Of a stretch of 24,219 nt of DNA, positions 16,539-23,277 are shown piece by piece. The stretch spans positions 1 to 24,219 of the IMG/VR virus record IMGVR_UViG_3300037419_001314. One strand, given 5' to 3'. This DNA comes from a virus. Taxonomy: Duplodnaviria; Caudoviricetes. How positions within the stretch are numbered: the first letter of the stretch is position 1; each line of letters begins with the position of its first letter. The notes beneath the pieces were generated by a model that saw only the letters and a program-made list of their open reading frames with translations, made no database searches and was not told the origin of the DNA. The translations under genes and the position numbers were made by a program.

Positions 16539-17189
16539 ATGAACGTCACCGCCACTCGGGAAGCCTGGCTCCGCACCGCGATTGACTACCTTCGCCCGGC
16601 TTTTCAGGAAATCGGGATGCCCCTGCCGAAGCAGATCTACATTTCGGTCGGTTTCGGTTTCGGCTCCCGCGCGGAGTCCAAGGAAATCGGCGGCCAGGCT
16701 TGGGCCCGCCGCGCGTCGGCTGACGGCGTTAACCACGTCTTCATCTCTCCGGCTATCGCTGACCCGGCTGAGGTTCTGGGCACCCTGGTTCACGAATTGA
16801 TTCACGTTGCGGATGACTGCCAGTCCGGCCATAAGGGCGAGTTTGCCCGCGCGGCCAAGGAACTTGGGCTTGAGGGCCCGATGACTGCGACGGTTCCTGG
16901 CGCTGAGCTTGCTGAGAGCATGGGCCAGCTGGCGGCTGCGATCGGCACCTACCCGCATGCTGCGCTTTCCACGGACGGCGCTGCCATTCTGGAAGGTGAG
17001 GATGAGGAAGACGGCGAGGAAGCTGGTGAGGCTGGCGGGAAGCTTCACTCCGGCCCGAGCAAGCAGGGCACGCGGATGTTGAAGGTTGTTTGCCCGAGCT
17101 GCGGATTCAACTTCCGCACTACTCAGAAGTGGATTGACAAGGGTCTCCCGACTTGCCAGGACGGAACCCTGTTCATCGTTGCGGACTGA
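16539..17189 (+). CDS. SprT-like zinc metalloprotein
   Basis: TLVHELIH, GHKGEF, C-terminal CPSCG...PTC zinc ribbon, acidic linker. Confidence 0.8.
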   Translation: MNVTATREAWLRTAIDYLRPAFQEIGMPLPKQIYISVGFGFGSRAESKEIGGQAWARRASADGVNHVFISPAIADPAEVLGTLVHELIHVADDCQSGHKGEFARAAKELGLEGPMTATVPGAELAESMGQLAAAIGTYPHAALSTDGAAILEGEDEEDGEEAGEAGGKLHSGPSKQGTRMLKVVCPSCGFNFRTTQKWIDKGLPTCQDGTLFIVAD

Positions 17190-17199
17190 CCGTTTAAAC

Positions 17200-17217
17200 G
17201 GGGCCCGAAAGGGCCCC
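17200..17217 (+). terminator. Terminator-like hairpin
   Basis: GGGGCCC-GAAA-GGGCCCC. Confidence 0.55.
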
Positions 17218-17235
17218 TCTCTGAGGGGATTTGAA

Positions 17236-17430
17236 ATGAACTGGACTTGGATTCGTGGCACGCTGGATAGCCGCCCGAAGGTTGGCCAGATTCTCACGTC
17301 TGAGGATGGGGACAAGCTGGAGGTAAGCCGGGTCGCGAATTACGGTTTCGCGGTCGGCAAGTGGGTAACTGAGTCCGGTGACGGCATGGAAGTCAGAGCG
17401 CATTACCGGCTTTACAGTGGAAGAGGATGA
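17236..17430 (+). CDS. Hypothetical protein (64 aa)
   Basis: GAGGGG RBS; MNWTWIRGTLDSRPKVGQIL... Confidence 0.6.
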   Translation: MNWTWIRGTLDSRPKVGQILTSEDGDKLEVSRVANYGFAVGKWVTESGDGMEVRAHYRLYSGRG

Positions 17431-17433
17431 GAC

Positions 17434-17462
17434 AGGGCCCCTGCGGGGGCCCTTTTTCTTTT
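17434..17462 (+). terminator. Intrinsic terminator
   Basis: AGGGCCCC...GGGGCCCT followed by TTTTCTTTT. Confidence 0.8.
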
Positions 17463-17600
17463 CCCGATGAGAGGCGCTGTGCGCCCGTCTGAGCGACTAA
17501 TAGGGGTTCCCGCGTAGCTCCGGACACTGGGCCAGTCCAAGCCGTTAGAAAGGCTCTCAGGGCTTCCAGAAATAGTCTCTCAAGCTATACGTTTAAACGC

Positions 17601-17629
17601 TTGCAGACCGTGCCCAATACGAGTAACGT
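17601..17629 (+). promoter_or_regulatory. SigA-type promoter for the structured RNA unit
   Basis: TTGCAG-N17-TAACGT followed by TCTCTTT, the same spacing as the other cassette promoters. Confidence 0.6.
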
Positions 17630-17636
17630 TCTCTTT

Positions 17637-17897
17637 GCGGGACGGTCCCGCAGCCCGAAAGGGCAAACCCCGAAAGGGGGTGGCCTAATGGCCGCCAACT
17701 CTGGTGTCACTTTCAAGCAGGACGGCACCGTGTTTTGGGTTCCCGCGTGGGCACCCGACCGGATTGTCACGCTGGCTTCCATGAAGCCGGGTGCCCGTAT
17801 CGTGGGGGGTCGCCCGCAGGGCTCGGAGGTATGGCATCCTTCGCTTAGCCGGTAACGGTGGCTGAAGCCCAAAAGAAAAGGGGCCCGAAAGGGCCCC
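17637..17897 (+). ncRNA. Candidate highly structured RNA (may also encode a 55-aa ORF at 17688-17855)
   Basis: About 10 hairpins or stems with GNRA loops, located between a promoter and a terminator hairpin. Confidence 0.5.
17880..17897. terminator. Terminator hairpin, possibly bidirectional
   Basis: AAAAGAAAA then GGGGCCC-GAAA-GGGCCCC. Confidence 0.65.
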
Positions 17898-17904
17898 TAA
17901 GGGC

Positions 17905-17952
17905 TTGACTGGTGGACTGAACCTATGATTGAGTAATCCCTGTCAGCGGGAG
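17905..17952 (+). promoter_or_regulatory. Cassette promoter plus leader box
   Basis: TTGACT-N18-TTGAGT; shares CCTATGATTGA with the 15512 promoter; TGTCAGCGGGAG at 17941-17952. Confidence 0.5.
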
Positions 17953-17967
17953 TATAGGAACAGGGAA

Positions 17968-18099
17968 GTGAGCAAGATGATTACTTGCCCGAATTGCGGC
18001 ACCCGGATCGGGACCAGCGGGAAGACTAAGCGACCGCGACACAAGCGGCGGGGAAGCTGGCTCCGGAAGCTGCTTCGCAAACTGGACCTCAAGGTCTGA
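17968..18099 (+). CDS. Small basic protein with CxxC (43 aa)
   Basis: MSKMITCPNCGTRIGTSGKTKRPRHKRRGSWLRKLLRKLDLKV. Confidence 0.55.
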   Translation: MSKMITCPNCGTRIGTSGKTKRPRHKRRGSWLRKLLRKLDLKV

Positions 18100-18117
18100 G
18101 GGGAGACCGTTTAAAAC

Positions 18118-18723
18118 ATGCGCAAGACTCGAAACCTTTTCCTGGCCCTGGCCGTCATGGTCGCTGGCTTCGGTGCCAGCGCTGGCACCGCTCACGCGGA
18201 AACCCTAGGCCAGTATCACTTGCCGATCGGTAAGACCGTGTGCATTGAGGATCACGGCTGGACGCTCTGGGATAACGTCCTTCCGAATATCGCTTGGCGA
18301 CTCCGGTCCAACTACATCACTGACGCTGTAGTGCTGGACAGCTGCGCCAGTTACCCGGATAACCAAGTGGTCACTATCGCCGTTAGCGACAGCCCGAGCG
18401 AGAATTACTGCGCCAGAACCGAGCGAGGCTATTACCTGAACGGAGTAGCCCAGGGCCGAACCACGATCCGGGTAAACAAGGCGTCCGTTTACTGGAATCA
18501 ATGCCACTCCACTTGGAGCCAGCGGGCTCACGTCATGTCTCACGAAATGGGCCACGCGCTAGGGCTGGTTCACTGCGACTGCGATAGCGTCGTCGCGGCT
18601 CCGCAGCGATTCTCTATCCTGTGGTTTACTGATCTGGATTACAGCAACCTTCGCCAGATCTATAGCGTTACCCGCACGGCTCTTCCGGTTCGCACCACCG
18701 TTAAGGCTCCCGTCATCCGTTAG
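18118..18723 (+). CDS. Secreted zinc metalloprotease (metzincin/matrixin-like)
   Basis: Sec signal peptide ending AHA; HEMGHALGLVH (HExxHxxGxxH). Confidence 0.85.
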   Translation: MRKTRNLFLALAVMVAGFGASAGTAHAETLGQYHLPIGKTVCIEDHGWTLWDNVLPNIAWRLRSNYITDAVVLDSCASYPDNQVVTIAVSDSPSENYCARTERGYYLNGVAQGRTTIRVNKASVYWNQCHSTWSQRAHVMSHEMGHALGLVHCDCDSVVAAPQRFSILWFTDLDYSNLRQIYSVTRTALPVRTTVKAPVIR

Positions 18724-18748
18724 TTTTCACTGAAAGGAAATACGACCA

Positions 18749-19000
18749 ATGGCTAAGACGCTTCCCGACTTTCCGGACCCGGCGAGTCAGCCGCTAGCGC
18801 ACACGCTTGCCGTGTATGCCGATACGCCGGACGACGAAACGGCGATTGCCGCCACTAGCAATGTCTACGGCAGGGGAGTCCGAACCGGACTCAAGTGGGG
18901 AGACCTGCGGAAGCTGCAAGCGAAGGTCGAAATTCTGGAAGCCCTCAAGGCTTCCCCGGACCTTAAGCGAGTTATCGATATGATGGAAAGTGGGATTTGA
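18749..19000 (+). CDS. Hypothetical protein
   Basis: AAAGGA RBS; 83 aa. Confidence 0.7.
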   Translation: MAKTLPDFPDPASQPLAHTLAVYADTPDDETAIAATSNVYGRGVRTGLKWGDLRKLQAKVEILEALKASPDLKRVIDMMESGI

Positions 19001-19003
19001 GAA

Positions 19004-19111
19004 ATGGCTAAGACCTTCCGTGGCACTGACAAGCAGGCCCTGAAGCGTGTCCGCAGGACTGACCGCCAGTTCCGGACGGCTCGCCGTACGACGCGCTACG
19101 CCGCCAGCTAG
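19004..19111 (+). CDS. Small Arg-rich peptide (35 aa)
   Basis: MAKTFRGTDKQALKRVRRTDRQFRTARRTTRYAAS. Confidence 0.5.
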   Translation: MAKTFRGTDKQALKRVRRTDRQFRTARRTTRYAAS

Positions 19112-19178
19112 CTTGCGATAGCCCTGGCAGTTTGGTAAACCAGACTCACTCGATAACCGATTAAAGGGAGTTGCCAGC

Positions 19179-19505
19179 ATGGCCCAGAAAGTTCAGATCC
19201 TGCTTGAGGATGACCTAGACGGGAAGCCCGCTGACGAGACTGTCAGCTTCGCCCTCGACGGGACGACGTACGAAATCGATCTGACCAAGGCGAACGCGAA
19301 GAAGCTTCGTGACGCTGTGGCTCAGTACGTCGGAAGCGCTCGCAGGGTGGGCCGGTCCGGCAGGGCCCCGGCTCGCAAGGCTGTCAGCACTGGCCCTGAC
19401 CCGAAGACGGTTCGGGCTTGGGCGAACGCCAACGGCTACGAGGTCCCGACGCGGGGCCGGATTCCGGCTGATGTGGTTGAGGCTTTCAAGGCTGCCGGAA
19501 ACTGA
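19179..19505 (+). CDS. lsr2: Lsr2-family nucleoid-associated protein
   Basis: MAQKVQILLEDDLDG, YEIDL, VRAWA..NGYEV..RGRIP. Confidence 0.95.
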   Translation: MAQKVQILLEDDLDGKPADETVSFALDGTTYEIDLTKANAKKLRDAVAQYVGSARRVGRSGRAPARKAVSTGPDPKTVRAWANANGYEVPTRGRIPADVVEAFKAAGN

Positions 19506-19506
19506 C

Positions 19507-19803
19507 ATGACTGACCGCTACACGGTCGAGCCCATCCCTGGCTTGGATTGGGTTTATGGCGTCTGGGATACCAAGGAAAACAAGCCGGTAGGTGGAGCGA
19601 CTTCCGATAAGGAAGCTGCTGAGCAGAAAGCGGCTGAGTTGAATAACGGGGCCCCTGGTCCTGGCTACGTGGATCAGGATCACGAAGACGACCCGGCTAC
19701 CGTCTTCAACCGGAGAGTGCAGGAAATACGTGAAGCCGCCGAGTCGTACGACAAAGCGGCCCAGAGATACATGAAGATGAAGCGAGACGACGACCAAGCT
19801 TAG
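19507..19803 (+). CDS. Hypothetical protein
   Basis: ATG 19507 just after the lsr2 stop. Confidence 0.65.
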   Translation: MTDRYTVEPIPGLDWVYGVWDTKENKPVGGATSDKEAAEQKAAELNNGAPGPGYVDQDHEDDPATVFNRRVQEIREAAESYDKAAQRYMKMKRDDDQA

Positions 19804-19811
19804 ATTAGGTA

Positions 19812-19858
19812 TTGCGTCCCCTATCAAGGTCTAGTAACGTTCCTCTTGTCAGCGAGAG
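19812..19858 (+). promoter_or_regulatory. Cassette promoter plus leader box
   Basis: TTGCGT-N17-TAACGT, inverted operator in the spacer, TGTCAGCGAGAG at 19847-19858. Confidence 0.65.
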
Positions 19859-19874
19859 GAAAGGGATTAGGCCA

Positions 19875-20093
19875 GTGGCACGCAAGCTCGACAACAGCCC
19901 AGAGGCAATCGCCAAGGATGCCGAAGCAGCAGGGCTGAAGGTCCAGAAGATCCGGCACGGCTGGTGGATTTGGTACCCACAGGGAAAGCCAGGTCCGGGC
20001 GGGCGGGACAAGGAATGGATCAGCCGGAACGAAGACATTCGGCGGGATCGGCTGAACAACCTAGCGGGAGCGAAGCGCCTAGGTATTCGCTGA
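19875..20093 (+). CDS. Hypothetical protein
   Basis: GGAAAGGGA RBS; MARKLDNSPEAIAKDAE... Confidence 0.6.
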   Translation: MARKLDNSPEAIAKDAEAAGLKVQKIRHGWWIWYPQGKPGPGGRDKEWISRNEDIRRDRLNNLAGAKRLGIR

Positions 20094-20096
20094 GGC

Positions 20097-20116
20097 AGGG
20101 CCCTTCGGGGCCCTTT
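20097..20116 (+). terminator. Intrinsic terminator
   Basis: AGGGCCC-TTCG-GGGCCCT followed by TT. Confidence 0.65.
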
Positions 20117-20149
20117 CCTCATTTACGACACTAGAAGGGTTTAAACGGC

Positions 20150-20503
20150 ATGAACGAATATCAGGTGACTGTCCGGCTGGCTGTGCTCAATGTCCAGTCC
20201 ATGACCGAACAGCAGCATCTGGAGCGGCTGGACAGGGTTGGCGGCAAGCTCGCTATCTACGGCGCTGCCCTGAACACGACTCCGGCTAGCGCTGGCGCTC
20301 CGCAGATCGTAGAGGCGCTGGTGACCTACGAGGACAAGAGTCCCGGTCACGCCGTCTGGGGAGCCGTAGACGCCATTACAGCGGCTGTCACGAGTGAGGG
20401 CTATCAGGTGGCTTTCCGGTCCGCTATGGTCCAGACTCCGGCTGACTGGCAGGCCGCGACCGGTGTTCAGGATGACAGCTACACGCACGATGGGAGAGAC
20501 TGA
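20150..20503 (+). CDS. Hypothetical protein
   Basis: GAAGGG RBS; 117 aa. Confidence 0.7.
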   Translation: MNEYQVTVRLAVLNVQSMTEQQHLERLDRVGGKLAIYGAALNTTPASAGAPQIVEALVTYEDKSPGHAVWGAVDAITAAVTSEGYQVAFRSAMVQTPADWQAATGVQDDSYTHDGRD

Positions 20504-20508
20504 CCGGC

Positions 20509-20748
20509 ATGAGCGAAACTGAGACCAGCGAGCAAAGGGCTTCGGCCTATCCGGACGATGCAACGGCTGTTGAGTTGATTGACCAGCTGCGAGACATGGC
20601 TAAAACGCTGGTCACTCTTGCTGACAGTTTCGAGAGCAGGTTCGGTCGCTGCGGTGCGATGAACGATGAGCGCATTTGCGGACTGTTCCCCGATCACAAG
20701 GGGGATCACATTTCCCTTCAAGGCGGCGCGACTTGGCGAGACAACTAG
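20509..20748 (+). CDS. Hypothetical protein
   Basis: 79 aa with C..C..H..H near the C-terminus. Confidence 0.6.
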   Translation: MSETETSEQRASAYPDDATAVELIDQLRDMAKTLVTLADSFESRFGRCGAMNDERICGLFPDHKGDHISLQGGATWRDN

Positions 20749-20762
20749 CAACCGCTCCATAC

Positions 20763-20810
20763 AAAACCCCCGACCTAGATTCGTCTAGGGACCGGGGGTT
20801 TTTCTTTATT
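20763..20810. terminator. Bidirectional intrinsic terminator
   Basis: AAAACCCCCG...CGGGGGTTTTT. Confidence 0.8.
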
Positions 20811-21017
20811 TAAAAGGGGTTTGGCTCGACGCCGGCCGCCGTTTAAACGTTGCCGCGAGCATCAGTTGCACCAGCTGGCGGACACTGGCTAGCCTGTGAC
20901 CAGCTGGGCCCGGTACCCCATGCCGGGAGGACTCGCCTCCGAGGGGCCAGGGCTGGACTGCCGTGGGAAATCAGCCGGAACTAGCTCAGGCCCCTCCCAG
21001 CGCCCCCAGAAACGACG

Positions 21018-21058
21018 AAAAGGCCCCCGACCCTAGAGACACCTAGGGCACGGGGGCC
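21018..21058 (-). terminator. Terminator of the lysis operon
   Basis: GGCCCCCG...CGGGGGCC with an A-tract on its + strand 5' side. Confidence 0.7.
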
Positions 21059-21076
21059 AACGTCTTAGAACGGCTC

Positions 21077-21343
21077 TCAGGCGGGCAGGCCCTCAGCGTC
21101 GTCCGCAACCTCAATCCGGCTCATGTCCGGCAGCGGATCAGCCGCGAAAGCCTCATTCGTCTTCCGGTTCTCGGTCCGCTGGACAGCCTCAGCGCCACCA
21201 ATCCCAAGCACAGCACCAACCACGCCCAGAATCAGGGCAACCGGCGTAGCGGGCAGGAAGAACGCCACCAGCGCCAGCACGGCAACAGTCACACCGTAGA
21301 CGCGGGCAGGGTTCCTCCGGACAAAATCAGCAACCTTGCGCAT
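21077..21343 (-). CDS. Holin
   Basis: Two TM segments, NPARVYG motif, directly downstream of the endolysin. Confidence 0.8.
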   Translation of the reverse strand: MRKVADFVRRNPARVYGVTVAVLALVAFFLPATPVALILGVVGAVLGIGGAEAVQRTENRKTNEAFAADPLPDMSRIEVADDAEGLPA

Positions 21344-21355
21344 TAACAAAACCTC

Positions 21356-22357
21356 TCAGTCTTGGTAGTAGTAATTCGCAGCCTTAGCCAGCGCCTTACA
21401 GGTCCGGGTATCGGCAATTCCAGTGCTGCCCTTACGGCCCAGGTAATAAGTCTGGTAACCCTGAACCAGCGCCTTAGTGGACCAATTGCTCTGCCACTTA
21501 ACGCCCTTACGCCCAAGCAGGATTTGCAGCGTTCGCCGGTTAAGGCCAACCTGCGCCAGCTGCACAGTGTTCAGCCGGTAAGGCCGAGGCTTTCCAGCAA
21601 GGCTCGCCTGATCGTTGAGCGTCTGAGCGGCCAGCACGGAAGCGTCCAGCAGGTAACGCCCGTCAGGGCCCTTCGGCGGGTTTGGGTGACCCGGTACAGC
21701 AGCGCCAGGCTGATCGACCGGCACAACCGGCTTAGCGGCCCCCGGAGGGCCAGCCTTGAGCGCAGCCGCCACATCGGCCCGGAACTTAGTCATGGGGTTG
21801 TTGCCCGGATCGTTCTTCCGCCCGGTCCACTCCCGGTGACCGATAACCGAGAGAGCCGACCATCCGTAGAAATCACAGATAGCCGCAGCCGCCAGGACGG
21901 CAGTCCGGTACTGCTGGGGGGTCATCGGCTGGTCGCCGTCGTACTTCACTTCAAAACCGTAGAAGTGAGTATTGCCGTTGGTGTTATCCGACCCCGGCTT
22001 AATCTCAGCCGAATAACCGTCGTAGTTTTCATTCACCACCTTAGAGAGCGTGGCCGAGGAACCCTTACCGGCGTGGTTCGCGGTGCCAGCAGCGCCCAAG
22101 TGGAAATCACCATCAAAGTCAATGGTTGCGTGAGCGAGCGGACCGGGGATTCCCTCATCCGGGCGACCGACAGTGAACAGCCACTCATCATAGGACTCAG
22201 ACTGAGCGTCCGAACCGGTGTGATGAATCACTACGCCGTTAACCGAGTCGAAAGAATACGGGCGAGTGCGAGTGCGCCAGCCGGGGAATTCCTTTACCTG
22301 AACGCTCCACTTGCGCAGGGCCCCGAGGAACTGGTCAGGGGTCATGGGCTTAGCCAT
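21356..22357 (-). CDS. Endolysin, N-acetylmuramoyl-L-alanine amidase (Amidase_2)
   Basis: VVIHHTG, ANHAG, YGFE, IGHREW, KNDPG. Confidence 0.93.
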   Translation of the reverse strand: MAKPMTPDQFLGALRKWSVQVKEFPGWRTRTRPYSFDSVNGVVIHHTGSDAQSESYDEWLFTVGRPDEGIPGPLAHATIDFDGDFHLGAAGTANHAGKGSSATLSKVVNENYDGYSAEIKPGSDNTNGNTHFYGFEVKYDGDQPMTPQQYRTAVLAAAAICDFYGWSALSVIGHREWTGRKNDPGNNPMTKFRADVAAALKAGPPGAAKPVVPVDQPGAAVPGHPNPPKGPDGRYLLDASVLAAQTLNDQASLAGKPRPYRLNTVQLAQVGLNRRTLQILLGRKGVKWQSNWSTKALVQGYQTYYLGRKGSTGIADTRTCKALAKAANYYYQD

Positions 22358-22359
22358 GT

Positions 22360-22683
22360 TTAAACGTTCCCTTCCGTGAGAGCGACCCGAAGGTCAGCGA
22401 AGCCCTGCGCAACGTCGGCGCGCAGAGCGGCAATTTCAGACTTGTTATCGTGCAATTCGCGGAGCATCCTGTTTTCGTTCTCCAGATGATCAACGCGCTT
22501 CTCAAGGCTCGAATACATTTCCTCAAGCCGATTAGCCTTAGCCTTCCAAGCCTCAGCCTCTTCCTTCCACAGCTTCGCCGTGGTCTCGTCTGAGCTAGTG
22601 CGGAACTTCGCCCAGACAGCGCCGAACGCGCCGAGCGTGGCAATAGCTCCCCACACCCACGCGGCTATAGTCAGCGGCTCCAT
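22360..22683 (-). CDS. Membrane protein with a coiled coil (lysis region)
   Basis: N-terminal TM segment followed by a heptad-rich segment; TAATG coupling. Confidence 0.7.
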   Translation of the reverse strand: MEPLTIAAWVWGAIATLGAFGAVWAKFRTSSDETTAKLWKEEAEAWKAKANRLEEMYSSLEKRVDHLENENRMLRELHDNKSEIAALRADVAQGFADLRVALTEGNV

Positions 22684-23216
22684 TACGCGCTCACCCAACG
22701 GCAAGTCAGGAAAGGCCGGTCACCAGCAGTCGTCGGAGTGTTCAGGGAACTTCCGCTGTTCTGCCAGATCGAAACCCTGACCAGATCACCAGCAGCCAAG
22801 ATCACATTCTCAGCCTTAACCTGGACGACTGAGTTAGCGCCATTCATAGCCCCAGCGTTATTGAACGCGATAGCTGTTCCGTTCACCGTGAGCCGCGCAA
22901 GACGCCCACCAGTCGCATTCGACGCAACCGAGACCTGACCTAGAATGTCGTACACGCCGCCCGTCTGAATGATCAGAGCCGTAGCGCTGGTGCCGAAATT
23001 GATAATGCCGTCACTGTCGTAATTTTCGGTATCGAAAACGAGATCGGTATAGGTCGCCGTGGCGATGCTTTGCGCCGTTGAGGCGCGAGACATGTATGCC
23101 CTAGGCGGATTCAACAGGAACGAAATCGCATCCCTGATATTCGTATTCAGCTTCGCAGCTGCAAGCTTTTCACCCGCTACAAAGGTTGCAGGCGTTGGCA
23201 CAGTCGCCACAATCAA
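22683..23216 (-). CDS. Minor tail / tail fibre-like protein
   Basis: FVAGEKLAAAKLN..IRDA N-terminus and a C1q-like beta-rich C-terminus. Confidence 0.7.
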   Translation of the reverse strand: MIVATVPTPATFVAGEKLAAAKLNTNIRDAISFLLNPPRAYMSRASTAQSIATATYTDLVFDTENYDSDGIINFGTSATALIIQTGGVYDILGQVSVASNATGGRLARLTVNGTAIAFNNAGAMNGANSVVQVKAENVILAAGDLVRVSIWQNSGSSLNTPTTAGDRPFLTCRWVSA

Positions 23217-23234
23217 TAACCCCCAGGGGAATAC

Positions 23235-23264
23235 AAAAGGGGCCAGAGCCGTAGCCCTGACCCC
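23235..23264 (-). terminator. Intrinsic terminator within the tail module
   Basis: On the - strand: GGGGTCAGGGC-TACG-GCTCTGGCCCC-TTTT. Confidence 0.7.
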
Positions 23265-23277
23265 AATCGCAGAATGG

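Larger units (their letters stand above)
1272..19834. promoter_or_regulatory. Dispersed operator-like motif CTAKACGTTGA
   Basis: + strand at 2251, 4080, 12566, 14493, 15517, 16480; - strand at 1272; near-matches at 16467, 17585 and 19824 (-). Confidence 0.75.
1359..19858 (+). repeat. Start-associated leader box TGTCAGCGRGAR (6 sense copies, 1 antisense)
   Basis: Sense at 1359, 14529, 15548, 16503, 17941, 19847; antisense at 14246-14257. Confidence 0.9.
4741..22365. repeat. Dispersed palindrome GTTTAAAC (12 exact copies)
   Basis: Starts at 4741, 5332, 6915, 8560, 14220, 15477, 16460, 17192, 17591, 20139, 20841, 22358. Confidence 0.9.

Noticed and set aside
21362-22363. 333-aa + strand ORF antisense to the endolysin
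   Set aside because: It mirrors the real gene almost end to end, as expected from GC-biased codon use, and has no motifs.
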